From Candidatus Zixiibacteriota bacterium (GTDB lineage Bacteria; RBG-13-66-14; B26-G2; WVWN01), in the NCBI GenBank assembly GCA_050117845.1, contig JASFLY010000003.1, positions 24,851-88,850 on the forward strand: 64,000 bases of DNA. Reading direction: 5' to 3'. The notes under the pieces were generated by a model, which did not search any database, was not told the DNA's origin, and saw nothing but the letters and a program-made list of their open reading frames with translations. Made by a program: the position numbers and the translations under genes. Shown in pieces: positions 1-9,969 of this stretch. The stretch's first letter is position 1. Each line of letters begins with the position of its first letter.

Positions 1-1200
1 TAACGCGGGACCGTGGACGCGAACTTCTCGACGAAGAAAGGCCGCTCGGGCCGGGGGCCGACGACGGACATGTCCCCCTTGAGGACGTTGATGAACTGGG
101 GGATCTCGTCGAGCGACGTACGGCGGAGAAAGCGCCCCAGGGGCGTCACGCGGTCGTCGTTCTCGGTGGCGAAAACCGGCCCCGTATCCGCTTCGGCGTT
201 GTGGCGCATCGACCGCAGCTTCATAAGTTCGAACGTTCGGCCGTCCTGCCCCACCCGCTCCTGGCGGTAGAACGCCGGCCCGGGCGACGTGAGTTTCACC
301 AGAATCGCCGCCAGGCCCCACACCGGCGCCGACACGATTAAAAATGACGCCGAGAACACCACGTCCATTAAGCGTTTGAGGAATCGGTTGAAGCCGGTGA
401 GCCGAAATTGTTTCAACGCGAAGACCGGTACGCCCAGCGCTTCGTCCGGGTGAACCTTCGTCGCCATGAGCTCCAGCGTCGACGGGAGGATGCGAACGTC
501 GATACCCTTAAGGTCGCACTCCAACACAAGGTCGAGCAGTACCGGGTCCGGCACGTCGCTGCCGAAAAAGACAACTTCTATTTTCTCCCGGGAGACGACG
601 TCGAAAAACTCCTCGAGTTCCCCCAGCACGTTGCATCCCTTGACCGCGCCGCCGTTCCCGTTCTTCCCTGAGTTGCCGGAGGGTATCACGCCGACGAAAT
701 AGTAGTCGCTCGCGGGGCCACCCAGTAAGCGGCGGCTGAGTTCGTTGGCGGCGACGGACGTTCCCACCACGAGCGTCCGCTTGGCCCCCACGCCCCGTTT
801 CAGCAGGTAATCGCGGAAGCGGACCACGGCCGCCCGGGCCAGGCCGATGCCGACGAAGGCGAAGGCCGCCGCTACCAACAGGACCAAACGCGAATAGGAA
901 AAGCCGCGGTAGATGAAGCCTAGCGCGCCTAAAAAGACCGACCCCAGAAGAACGCCGCCGAAGAGCGCGAAGATGGTGTCCCAGCCGAAGCTCCGGCCTC
1001 GCCGGCCGTAAAGGCCCAGCGCCTTGAAGACGACGAGCCACAGGACGATAACCACCGGCAAGGGATAGAGGTACGGCTCGAGCGTGGGCGCCCCGATGCC
1101 CGGCGGCAACGGCAACACGGTGAAGCGGAAAAAATACGCCCCCACCAGCGCCGTGGCGATAACGGCGACGTCCGTGATTACGAGTATCAGCGTAAACAAC
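1..1200 (-). CDS. Polyprenyl-phosphate sugar phosphotransferase (WbaP/CpsE-like bacterial sugar transferase); 3' end runs off the window
   Basis: The reverse-strand translation read from ~1200 towards position 1 is recognisably this family throughout. It begins with hydrophobic TM-rich segments (…LILVITDVAVIATALVGAYFFRF…), then a central region, then the C-terminal catalytic domain (…SPGPAFYRQERVGQDGRTFELMKLRSM…TGPVFATENDDRVTPLGRFLRRTSLDEIPQFINVLKGDMSVVGPRPERP…). The ORF is absent from the track because no stop falls inside the window. The start is a TTG/GTG near 1198–1200, directly downstream of the upstream gene's stop at 1218. Confidence 0.8.
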
Positions 1201-1217
1201 TAGGTAGTACCCCGGTC

Positions 1218-4200
1218 TTACGGCAACGGCGCCGGCGCGAGAATGATTTCCGTTTTTTCAATCCGGTCAACTTCCCGGCAGAACTTAACGAATTTCTTGT
1301 AGTCGCCCGGCGATATGTCGCCCTGGTCGATGAACAGGTGCCGCTTGATCGTCAGTTCGTCCCCTTCCGCCCCCAACTCCAGAACGTACTCCGACCCCGG
1401 CCCGCGGATGCGGCCGGAATCCGGCATATAGTCTATTTCGTAACCGGCCGGGATTTTTACGCGCACGTCGTCGATCCAGGCCTCCGGCCTTTCGATACGT
1501 AGCGGGTAGTTGCGCTTCTCGGCCGTGATAAACACTTGCGCCAACGTGAACTCGTACGGCACGACGCGCACGGCGAGGTTGTCGCCGCGCGTCCGAGCGA
1601 AATTCGGGACCCGCCCCTCGAAGTTCAGGGCGAACTCCCCCTTCAAATCGAAGAGGTTGTCGAAGCTGTACCCGTCTATCGTCGCCGCCGCGAATATCTG
1701 CGAGAGGCTTATCTCGACGTTGGATTCCTGCTCCTCGGGATTGGTGAAGCTCTCCCGATACGCGCCGCGCAAGCCCCGGTATATCCGCCGCCCCGCGAAT
1801 TTCGCAGCGCCGCCGTAATCGAGCTCCAGCTCGAGTTCCAGGCCGATGCTGTCCTTCTCGAAGGGCGCCGCCGGCACCCGGCCCATCTCGTATCCTTGGT
1901 CGTCCACGATGAGCGCCGGTTTGCCGTACGCCGTCGTCCATACGTCGCCGAACGAAAAGGTGTCGAGCAGCGGGTCCGCGAAGGTTCCCTCCGACCCCAC
2001 CGTCGGGAAGTAGACCAGGACGGTATCGAAGATCTCGGGGGTAACCACGTCCCACTCCCCCTTCGACCCGCCGGTCCCCACCAGCGCCAGCTTGGCGTCG
2101 ATGCCGAGGCGGCGGCACAGTGCGACGATGAGTACCGCCCTGTCCACCGTCCGGCCGCGGCCGCGGAACGCCGTCACGCGGGCGGACGACGGGTAGTACA
2201 CGCTGCCGCCCGAACTCTCGATGCTGCTCACGACGTGGTAATAGACGGCGGCGGCCCGGCCCGCTTCGTCCTTCGGCAACTCGACGGTCCGTAACCGTTT
2301 TTCCAGGAACTCGTCGAAGCGGAATTTCCCGAAAAGCTCGCCCCGATACCACTCGCCGACGGTGTCGACGTCCTCAAAGGTGGTGACGCGGACGTACGGC
2401 GCGTACGCGTCCTTCGAGGGCATCATCGGTTCCTCGACGATGGGCGGCATGTCGCGCCGCTCGAAGAGGTAGGCCGTCCGGCCTTCTCCCCGTATCTTTT
2501 TCGGCTTGAGGCGTTGGTTCGCCACGTCGAAGGTCAACCGGTCCTTCGCCGGAGAATCGTCCGGCACGACTACGGCGTAGCGCGTCCACAAAAGCGCCTC
2601 GCCGAGTTCGGCCATATAGAAGGGCTGGGAATAATACTGGAGCAGGTTGAATATCATCCGCCGGTCGATGTTGAGGTCGTACGCGACCTCCAGCACGGCG
2701 CCCGGGACGACCCGCTCCATCGAGATGGCCTTGTACCCGCTCGTATCCTTAATGGAAACGGCGTCGACCACTTCCCCGTCCGGGAGGTGCGTACGGGCGT
2801 CGATTATCTCGGTGCCGCGGCCCGACATTACCGTTATCTCGCCCCAGCGTTCCCGCCCGGCGTCGTTCATTATTTTTATTAAATTATGGTTCGTCTCCCG
2901 GAACGAGTAGTCCGGATTGACGTAAACCACCGTCTGGTCGAGCAGCATTGCCGTATCGGCCTGGGGGTAATCCTCCGGCCCCACGTCGCGCTTCGCGAGC
3001 TCCGCGCCGTCGACCGTGAGAGCCCGGGACACCGCGTCCGGCTCAATGGCCCCTTCCCGCTCCAGGTACAGACGCGTCCGGTAATCGCCGGCGTCGAGCG
3101 CCAGCGCCTCTCGCAAGGCCGCGAACCCCTCGTCCCGCAGGCCGAGGCCGCAAAGGTAATAACCGCCCTGGCGCCGCAGCTCCGACGAGCGGGGCAGCAT
3201 CGCCGCTCCCTTCGCGAACCACTCCCGGGCCGCGTCCTCGTTTCCGCGACGGGCCGCCAGGTCCGCCAGCCCCAGGTACGCGTCCTCGTTGTACGGCTCG
3301 AATTCGAGAACGGTCCGGTACTGGCGTTCGGCCGCTTCCATATCGCCGCGGAAGAGGTACACTTCGGCCAGGAGGGCCCGGACGCCGGCGTCGTTCGCCT
3401 TGTACTCCGTATACTTCTCGTAGTACTCCGCCGCCCGGTCGGTATTGTCCTTATCGTAATAATAACCGGCGAGCGCCAACAGGGCCCGGTAAGCCCCGGG
3501 ATTCAGGGCCAGGGCGCTTTTGGCTTGCCGGTTCAACTCCGCTTCCCAACCTTCCCGGGAAGCGATGTCCACGAGGCCGCACACCGACGAAACGTACGCC
3601 GGCTCCTCCCGCAAGGACTCCCGATAATAATCGACGGCCTCCTCGCGCTTGCCCTCGTACGACGCGAACACGGCGAGTTCCTCGATGGCCACGACGCACG
3701 CGGGGTCCTCCGCCCGGGCCCGCCGGAGCTGGGACTTCGCCCCGGCCAGGTTGTACTCGCCGCCGGACAGGATGCGGCCGTACGCCCCGGCGACGTAGAA
3801 CAGCGCGCACGCCGGAGCCGCCGACGTCGCGGCGTTCACTTTATCGATGCCGGCCAGGTACGACCCGACGGTAAAATCGTCGAAGCCGGCATAGAAGTCG
3901 GCCATCGGCCCGTCGCCGTCGTCGCCGTCCTCCGTGTCGAGCGGGACCGCGGGCGCGCCGGCGGCAGCCATATCCGCCGCGTCGGCCGTGACGTTCGCCG
4001 GCGTGGCGCCGTCGGCCTTAAGCACCCGGGCCTTGAATATCCAGGCGCCGTCGGTGCTGTAAACCGGGTCGTTGTTCTGCAGCGTTTTTATGAGGAGACG
4101 TTGCCGCCCTCCGTTCGTCTTGAAGCGGCAACGGTAGAGCGTGCGGGCGGGGCCGTCGGCCGGATGGTTAGTCATGACCTCGACGCCGCCCAGATAGGCC

Positions 4201-5012
4201 CGGAACCAATCGTCGCCCTGAATCTCGAGCCAGAACTCCCCGGCCGGGAGGTCGAACGTGGTGGTGGCGTACGCCACGCCCATATTGAAGCCGAGCGCGC
4301 CGCCGACGTTAATGGCGCCGAAACGGGAATCGACCGGCCGCCACCCGTCCTCTCCCGCCGTAACCTCCGGCGACGCCGTGAAGGCCTTCTCCGGCCCGAA
4401 GGCGTGGTCGACGTCGGCCAGGCCATATTCGTTGTAGACGCCGCACACGGAGAAATCCATCAGGTACCCGCGCTCCCGGGCCCACGCCTTGGCGTCGTCC
4501 CAGCGGCCGTACTGCAAGAGCAGCGATTCCGCCACCCGACCCGCCGCGTCGCGCGTGGCCGCCGGGCAATCCGGCCGCCGCGCGAGCGCCAGTAAAAAGT
4601 CGGGCGTCTGGGCGTACGCCGGAACGATGCCGTCGAAGAAGCGCAAGGTCGAGATAAGCGCGACCGCGGCTTCCCCGTCCGGGTAGAGTTCCAGGTATTG
4701 TTGCCACCGCTCGTAGGCCCGCGGCATCCGACCCCGCGAGAAGTCGAGCCAGGCCGCGCCCTCGAGCGTCGCCGCGTCTTCGGCGTCGGCCGCGAGCGCC
4801 CGTTTGAAGTACCCTTCCGCCGCGTCCTCGTCGCCGGTGAAAACCATCGCCAGCCAACCGGCCCGGGACCACTCCCCGGCGGCCGCGGCGCCGGCCAGCG
4901 CCGCCGGGGCTTCCCCCGCCGAACTGACGCCGAGGAATTCGTCCGTCACGCCCAGCGCCGGTACGGCGCCCGCGAACGCGCATATCCATATAATTAAGGA
5001 ACGTAATCTCAT
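1218..5012 (-). CDS. Large secreted TPR-repeat protein with a C-terminal transglutaminase-like (DUF3857 / TGase core / DUF3858-type) region
   Basis: 1264-aa ORF with an N-terminal signal peptide (MRLRSLIIWICAFAGAVPALG). The N-terminal half has tandem TPR-like repeats (…AEYYEKYTEYKANDAGVRALLAEVYLFRGDMEAAERQYRTVLEFEP…). The C-terminal half has a transglutaminase-like cysteine-protease core pattern (…VLIVALCRRLGIDAKLALVGTGG…). It is tightly coupled to the downstream sugar transferase. Confidence 0.7.
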   Translation of the reverse strand: MRLRSLIIWICAFAGAVPALGVTDEFLGVSSAGEAPAALAGAAAAGEWSRAGWLAMVFTGDEDAAEGYFKRALAADAEDAATLEGAAWLDFSRGRMPRAYERWQQYLELYPDGEAAVALISTLRFFDGIVPAYAQTPDFLLALARRPDCPAATRDAAGRVAESLLLQYGRWDDAKAWARERGYLMDFSVCGVYNEYGLADVDHAFGPEKAFTASPEVTAGEDGWRPVDSRFGAINVGGALGFNMGVAYATTTFDLPAGEFWLEIQGDDWFRAYLGGVEVMTNHPADGPARTLYRCRFKTNGGRQRLLIKTLQNNDPVYSTDGAWIFKARVLKADGATPANVTADAADMAAAGAPAVPLDTEDGDDGDGPMADFYAGFDDFTVGSYLAGIDKVNAATSAAPACALFYVAGAYGRILSGGEYNLAGAKSQLRRARAEDPACVVAIEELAVFASYEGKREEAVDYYRESLREEPAYVSSVCGLVDIASREGWEAELNRQAKSALALNPGAYRALLALAGYYYDKDNTDRAAEYYEKYTEYKANDAGVRALLAEVYLFRGDMEAAERQYRTVLEFEPYNEDAYLGLADLAARRGNEDAAREWFAKGAAMLPRSSELRRQGGYYLCGLGLRDEGFAALREALALDAGDYRTRLYLEREGAIEPDAVSRALTVDGAELAKRDVGPEDYPQADTAMLLDQTVVYVNPDYSFRETNHNLIKIMNDAGRERWGEITVMSGRGTEIIDARTHLPDGEVVDAVSIKDTSGYKAISMERVVPGAVLEVAYDLNIDRRMIFNLLQYYSQPFYMAELGEALLWTRYAVVVPDDSPAKDRLTFDVANQRLKPKKIRGEGRTAYLFERRDMPPIVEEPMMPSKDAYAPYVRVTTFEDVDTVGEWYRGELFGKFRFDEFLEKRLRTVELPKDEAGRAAAVYYHVVSSIESSGGSVYYPSSARVTAFRGRGRTVDRAVLIVALCRRLGIDAKLALVGTGGSKGEWDVVTPEIFDTVLVYFPTVGSEGTFADPLLDTFSFGDVWTTAYGKPALIVDDQGYEMGRVPAAPFEKDSIGLELELELDYGGAAKFAGRRIYRGLRGAYRESFTNPEEQESNVEISLSQIFAAATIDGYSFDNLFDLKGEFALNFEGRVPNFARTRGDNLAVRVVPYEFTLAQVFITAEKRNYPLRIERPEAWIDDVRVKIPAGYEIDYMPDSGRIRGPGSEYVLELGAEGDELTIKRHLFIDQGDISPGDYKKFVKFCREVDRIEKTEIILAPAPLP

Positions 5013-5095
5013 ATTATCAATCCGGCCTTACGCCGTCCTCAACCGCGTAACTTGCGATTTTACGATAACGTGAAGTCCCCGGCAAGGAAATCCGC

Positions 5096-6520
5096 TCAGT
5101 GACGTTTGTGGTCCGCCTCGAATACTGATTGTTCCTTGGCGATTTCAAGTATAGCGTCGCGGCTCTCTCCCCCGGCCACGTGCCGCGCCGCCAAAAGGCC
5201 CATCTTTATCGAATGGTCCATATTGTTGTAACGAAAGAGGCCGCCCCGACCGATGGTCAACAGGTTCTCGATGGGCCACACGAAATCCAGGACCGCCTTG
5301 AGCTTCCGTTTGTAGTCCACGTCGTATATGGGATACGAGTACTCGTCGTAGGAAGAGCCGTACTCCTCCACGTCGTCGGCCAGGTCCAGGTCCACGGCCG
5401 CGAGGTCGGCCAAGCAAATCTCTTTCACTTCCTCGTCCGACATGCGCCACTTCTCGTCGCCGGCGGTGCAGGCTATCTCGAGTTCCACCGCGCACTTCCC
5501 CGGCGGACACAGCGACGGCGACCAGTTGCGCAGATCCTGGACGCGGAAGAAGAAGTACTTCCGCTCGGGGATGTATATCCACGTATTGTCTGTTATCTCC
5601 GGACGGTCGACGACCAGGTTCAGGAAGCGCAGGCCCCGGAATTCCATTCGGCCCGCGGCCTCCGCGGCGTCCCGGTCCGCCGGCCTGATCATCTCGACCA
5701 GCCGCGGAAGCGGCGCCGTCGAAACGACGAAGTCGGCGGCCTCCGTCTCTTCCCGGCCGTCCCGGACGAACGAAACGCCGGTAACGCGGCCGCCCTCGCG
5801 GTTCACGCCGACCGCCCGGGCGCCGAGCCGCACCTCGGCCCCGGCGCTCCGCGCTCGTTCCGAAAGTTTTTCGAAGATCCGGCCTATCCCTCCCGGCGGG
5901 TAATGGAACTGCGTGGCGTAGGTCTTGGGTTGCTCTTTCTTCAGCTTCAATAAGAGGAGCAGGACGTCCCAGAGGTTTAACAGCGAGATACGTTGGGCGG
6001 CCCAATCCGCGGAAATCTCGCTCGGCGGCCGGCCCCAGAGCTTCTCGGTGTAGGGGCCGAAATATATGTCGTAGAGGGCCCGGCCGAATCGGTTCACGAC
6101 CCAGTCCTCGAACGATACGTCCCTGCGCGGGGCCAGCTTCTGGCGGGCCGTGGCCCCGAGATAATCCACGCCCGCCCGGAGCGTCGTGAACGGATTCATC
6201 CGCAGGAGGAGGTTCTTGAAATCCAGCGGATACGCGAAGTTCTTGCCGCGGAGGCGGATGGTGCTCTTCCGGTGCCGAACCTCGAGTTCGCCCCCCATCA
6301 GGTCGAAGACGAAGTCCCGGACCTCGTCGTCCCTGGTGATGAAGCGGTGGCCGCCCAGGTCGAAGGTCGCGCCGGCGAAGGATACGGTCCGGCACAGGCC
6401 GCCTACCCGGTCGTGGTCCTCGAGCACCAGGACGTCGAGGCCGGCGGCCGCCAGACGGTCCGCCGCCGTCAGGCCCGCCGGCCCGGCCCCGATTACGATT
6501 ACGCTTTTGGGGGACGTCAA
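5096..6520 (-). CDS. FAD-dependent oxidoreductase (amine-oxidase / UDP-galactopyranose-mutase-like NAD(P)/FAD-binding family)
   Basis: N-terminal Rossmann dinucleotide motif VIVIGAGPAGLTAADRLAAAGLDVLVLE…RVGG; 474 aa; first gene of the minus-strand operon with the TPR/TGase protein and the sugar transferase. Confidence 0.8.
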   Translation of the reverse strand: MTSPKSVIVIGAGPAGLTAADRLAAAGLDVLVLEDHDRVGGLCRTVSFAGATFDLGGHRFITRDDEVRDFVFDLMGGELEVRHRKSTIRLRGKNFAYPLDFKNLLLRMNPFTTLRAGVDYLGATARQKLAPRRDVSFEDWVVNRFGRALYDIYFGPYTEKLWGRPPSEISADWAAQRISLLNLWDVLLLLLKLKKEQPKTYATQFHYPPGGIGRIFEKLSERARSAGAEVRLGARAVGVNREGGRVTGVSFVRDGREETEAADFVVSTAPLPRLVEMIRPADRDAAEAAGRMEFRGLRFLNLVVDRPEITDNTWIYIPERKYFFFRVQDLRNWSPSLCPPGKCAVELEIACTAGDEKWRMSDEEVKEICLADLAAVDLDLADDVEEYGSSYDEYSYPIYDVDYKRKLKAVLDFVWPIENLLTIGRGGLFRYNNMDHSIKMGLLAARHVAGGESRDAILEIAKEQSVFEADHKRH

Positions 6521-6566
6521 CGTTGAGTTCCTATAAATATCTTTCCGGAAAGGCTTCTTTTAATCT

Positions 6567-6998
6567 TTACCCCTCGGCCCCGCCTTCTTCCTCGTACTTC
6601 ACGACGTCGACCTCGGCCTTCAGCGCGGCCACCTCGCCGCCCATCTGCATCGGCAAATACTTGGACTCGAAGGTCAGGCCGGAGGTATTGCCGTTGGGCG
6701 GGACCATCTCGGCGATCTCGAAGTCGTGGCTCTCGATAATCTCGTTATTGTCGTCGACCAGCCGGATGTACAAGGTCCCCATCCACGGGTAGGATGACCC
6801 GTTGCGCGCGCTGATGGTCCACTTGTAAACATCTCCCTCTTCCGATACGTCGTCTATCGTAATGACGTAATGGGCCGCCACCGCCGTCGCCACCAGGTCG
6901 GCTCCGCTTATCGGCGGCTTCGGTTTGGACCCGCAGCCGGCCAGCGCGAAAGAAAGGCCCAACGCCACTACTACCGCAATCCCCGTAATCTTTCTCAC
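6567..6998 (-). CDS. Hypothetical lipoprotein
   Basis: Signal peptide plus lipobox (…VVALGLSFALAGCGS…); 143 aa; no recognisable domain. Confidence 0.55.
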   Translation of the reverse strand: MRKITGIAVVVALGLSFALAGCGSKPKPPISGADLVATAVAAHYVITIDDVSEEGDVYKWTISARNGSSYPWMGTLYIRLVDDNNEIIESHDFEIAEMVPPNGNTSGLTFESKYLPMQMGGEVAALKAEVDVVKYEEEGGAEG

Positions 6999-7028
6999 CG
7001 GGATACCTCCGTCGTTACCGGTTCACGT

Positions 7029-9377
7029 TTAAAATTCGACGCCGAGCATGGTCGCCGCGGCTCCGGGGACCCGTTCCCAGAAGCTGTCCTCGGGGGTAAC
7101 GTATTCCACGGGCGCGTCGGCGGCGAGTTTGCCGTGTATACGGGCGTACTTCACGGCCTCGGCCAGGCCGCCGAGTTCGTCCACGAAACCCAATTTCCGG
7201 GCGTCTTCCCCGGTATAGATCCGGCCTCCGGCCAGTTCGTCCAGGCGGGCCGGCTCTATCCCCCGGGTCTCGGCGACGACGCCCTTGAAACGCTCGTACA
7301 TGTCGTCGGATATCCGCTGGGCCCAGGCCCGTTCCTGTTCCGTCCAGAGGCGGTGGTAACTGAGCGCGTCGACGTGCTCGCCCGATTTGACCGGGACCCG
7401 CGTTATGCCGTATTTTTTATAAAACTCTTCCAGCGACGGCTTCCCCATTACTACGCCGATAGAGACGGCCAGGGTTGCAGGGTCGGCGAAGATGCGGTCC
7501 GCGCCGCAGGAGATGAAGTACCCGCCCGAGGCGGCGATATCCCCCATCGACGCCACGACCAGCTTGCCGGCCTCCCGGCACTTCACCACCTCGTCGTATA
7601 TGGCCTCGGACGCTATGGCCGAGCCGCCGCCCGAGTTGATCCGCAGGACGATGGCCCCGACGTCCGGGTCCTTGCGCGCGGCCCGCAACTGGGCCACGAC
7701 CGTGTACTCGCCGATGGTCCGGCTGCCCCATAGTATCGAGCGCCGGCTGCGGCCGGTTTCGATGCTGCCCTCCGCGATGATGACCCGCACCGACTTCGGT
7801 TCGCCCCAGCGCCGCTTCCACGGTTGGCGCAGCGATATCTCGCCGAACGAGACCTCGTCCGCATCCCTGCCTGCGTCGCGGGCGACCACCGCCCGGACGT
7901 CCTCGTAGCGCGCCACCTCGTCAATCAGGCCCGCGTCCCGGCACTCGAAGGCCGTCATCGGTTCCCCCTCGCACAACTCCCGAAGCCGGCCGGCGTCGAT
8001 ACCGCGGTCCTCGGCCACGGCCCAAAGGAATTGCTCGTAAACGCCGTCCACCAGCTTCTGCACAACCTCTTTCATCTCCGGCGACGGCTCGTCGGCTATC
8101 TGGTGGAACAGCCCCTTAACGTCGCCTGAAGTTATAAAGTCCCACTCGACGCCGAAGCGCTCGGTCAGGTCGGTTATCCGCCACATCGTCATATAGGTCC
8201 CGACGCCGCCGAAGAAGCCGTTCGTCGGCATAACGATAACGTCCGCCGCCGACGCGATGTAATAACCCTGCGGCCGGTGAACCACCTCGACGTACGCGTA
8301 GACTTTTTTCCCGGCCCGCCGGACCTCGTATATCGCCGTCCGGATTTCCTGCGCCAGGCCCGTAATGCCCGGCGTGAACCCGGCGCTAACGTCGCCTATG
8401 CGCAGTACGACCGCCTTGACCTCCGGGTCGTCGCGGGCCGCGTTCAAGCGGCGGATTATATCCCGGCCGCTCTTCCGACCCGAGCCCAGAAGCGAGAAGC
8501 CGGAACCGCTCTCGGCCAGGCGCCCTTCTATAACAATCTCGCGGTACTGATCGCCGCAAAGGAAAACCGAATCCTTGCGCTCGAGGTTGAATCCCAGGCC
8601 CGCGCTGTCCGCCTGGTACTCGAGGTCCTCGTCCAGCCGGGCGTTGTAGTCGAAGCTCCCGTAACCGAAACCGAAGGTCACGCCGGCGCCGACGTTCTTG
8701 TCGTCGTCCGCGCTGAACCCCAGCTTCACGCCGTCGACTATTTCCAGGTCCAGGCCGCCGCGGTAACTAATGTCGCCAAGCTCGTCGCCTTCCCGCCACC
8801 CCGCGTCACAACTGAGCGTCAGCCGCTCCCAGAAGGGCCGGACGCCCACGGCGGCCACGTAGGTCCGCCTCTCGGTCTGACGCAGGAACCGCGGCTCGTT
8901 GAGGTTCCGGCCTACCGCCGCGAGGGACAGGTAGGGACTCGGCCGGGCCATGACGCCGGCGTCGACGGTCCAGGCCGACGTTAAGTAAGGCTTGGACGCG
9001 GCGAGGCGATTCACACCCAAACCCATGCCGAAACCCCGATACACGGGACCGCCGAAGGTCCAGGAAAAGCGACTGTTTTTAATATTGTCGTCCGGGAAGC
9101 GAGCCGCGTCATAAGCGAAACCGCCTATAAGCGTATCGAAGTAGAGATGGTAATTCCTCCGCCCCAGGTTCTGAATGTTACGGGAGAAGTAGCAGTTGAA
9201 ACCGTGGCCCGCGGCCAGGCCCGCCGGGTTAATGGGAACGCTCATCGCGTCGTCGGCCACCGCGGCCGATCCCCCCGCGCCGTAGGCCGGTGGCTCCCAG
9301 TACGAATAAACGTCGAAGGCCTCCGCCACCCCGGCGAGGCAAATCGCGGTAAAAACCGCCGCAAATTTATTAAACAT
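7029..9377 (-). CDS. sppA: Signal peptide peptidase SppA (protease IV, 67K type, two S49 domains) with an extra N-terminal ~260-aa beta-barrel-like domain
   Basis: The C-terminal ~520 aa carry two ClpP/crotonase-fold S49 domains, with a Ser nucleophile motif (…MGDIAASGGYFISCGADRIFA…) and the paired domain (…AVVLRIGDVSAGF…). The N-terminal region after the signal peptide shows the alternating hydrophobic pattern of an OM beta-barrel (…GFSADDDKNVGAGVTFGFGYGSFDYNARL…). Confidence 0.8.
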   Translation of the reverse strand: MFNKFAAVFTAICLAGVAEAFDVYSYWEPPAYGAGGSAAVADDAMSVPINPAGLAAGHGFNCYFSRNIQNLGRRNYHLYFDTLIGGFAYDAARFPDDNIKNSRFSWTFGGPVYRGFGMGLGVNRLAASKPYLTSAWTVDAGVMARPSPYLSLAAVGRNLNEPRFLRQTERRTYVAAVGVRPFWERLTLSCDAGWREGDELGDISYRGGLDLEIVDGVKLGFSADDDKNVGAGVTFGFGYGSFDYNARLDEDLEYQADSAGLGFNLERKDSVFLCGDQYREIVIEGRLAESGSGFSLLGSGRKSGRDIIRRLNAARDDPEVKAVVLRIGDVSAGFTPGITGLAQEIRTAIYEVRRAGKKVYAYVEVVHRPQGYYIASAADVIVMPTNGFFGGVGTYMTMWRITDLTERFGVEWDFITSGDVKGLFHQIADEPSPEMKEVVQKLVDGVYEQFLWAVAEDRGIDAGRLRELCEGEPMTAFECRDAGLIDEVARYEDVRAVVARDAGRDADEVSFGEISLRQPWKRRWGEPKSVRVIIAEGSIETGRSRRSILWGSRTIGEYTVVAQLRAARKDPDVGAIVLRINSGGGSAIASEAIYDEVVKCREAGKLVVASMGDIAASGGYFISCGADRIFADPATLAVSIGVVMGKPSLEEFYKKYGITRVPVKSGEHVDALSYHRLWTEQERAWAQRISDDMYERFKGVVAETRGIEPARLDELAGGRIYTGEDARKLGFVDELGGLAEAVKYARIHGKLAADAPVEYVTPEDSFWERVPGAAATMLGVEF

Positions 9378-9466
9378 ATGGCAACCCCTTGTATAATAAC
9401 GATTCGCGGTATAGTAGCTTAATATCGGCCTTTCCGCAAGCCGTTACCGCGACTAAAAAGACCCAA

Positions 9467-9505
9467 AAAACCCATTTCCCTTGACTTAAACCCGGTCGGA
9501 TAATA
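9467..9505 (+). promoter_or_regulatory. Putative sigma70-type promoter for smpB (TTGACT-17-TATATT)
   Basis: cccTTGACTtaaacccggtcggataaTATATTtc, about 30 nt upstream of the smpB ATG at 9535. Confidence 0.35.
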
Positions 9506-9534
9506 TATTTCTCCCAAGAAGTGAAGAGACTAAA

Positions 9535-9969
9535 ATGGATAAAACCGTCGCATCCAATCGTCGTGCGAGGTACGACTACGAGATTTTGCAGACCTACGAG
9601 GCCGGCCTGGTACTCGCCGGCGCCGAGGTCAAGTCGCTTAGGGGCGGCCGCTGTTCACTGGGGGACTCCTACGCCGCCCCCGATAACGGCGAAATATATC
9701 TCCACAACCTCCATATCCCGCGCTACGACAAGAGTTCGGCCGACGCCCTCAATCCCCGGCGCCGCCGGAAACTCCTCTTCAACCGGGGGGAGATTAACCG
9801 CATTATTCGGGCCGTGGAGCAAAAGGGCGTTACGCTCATACCGTTAAAAATATACTTCTCGGGACCCTACGCCAAGGTCGAAATCGCCCTCGCCCGGGGC
9901 AAAGCCAAATACGACAAAAGAGCAAAGATCCGCGAGAAAGACGAGGACAAGCAAAATTGGGAACGTTAA
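9535..9969 (+). CDS. smpB: SsrA-binding protein SmpB
   Basis: 144 aa with the canonical SmpB sequence (…IASNRRARYDYEILQTYEAGLVLAGAEVKSLR…NLHIPRYD…RRRKLLFNRGEINRI…). Confidence 0.95.
   Translation: MDKTVASNRRARYDYEILQTYEAGLVLAGAEVKSLRGGRCSLGDSYAAPDNGEIYLHNLHIPRYDKSSADALNPRRRRKLLFNRGEINRIIRAVEQKGVTLIPLKIYFSGPYAKVEIALARGKAKYDKRAKIREKDEDKQNWER

Noticed and set aside
2886-4595. 569-aa + strand ORF (and 1285..2352 -, 3451..3810 -, 4309..4989 -) overlapping the TPR/transglutaminase gene
   Set aside because: Arg/Gly/Pro-rich low-complexity translations with no domain signature, typical antisense or alternate-frame ORFs in high-GC DNA. The minus-strand frame 1218..5012 has clear TPR and TGase-like sequence.
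5145-6395. 416-aa minus-strand ORF and 5129..5953 + ORF overlapping the FAD oxidoreductase gene
   Set aside because: Alternate-frame and antisense artefacts (RRRR/GRGR-rich). The 5096..6520 frame carries the GxGxxG Rossmann motif.
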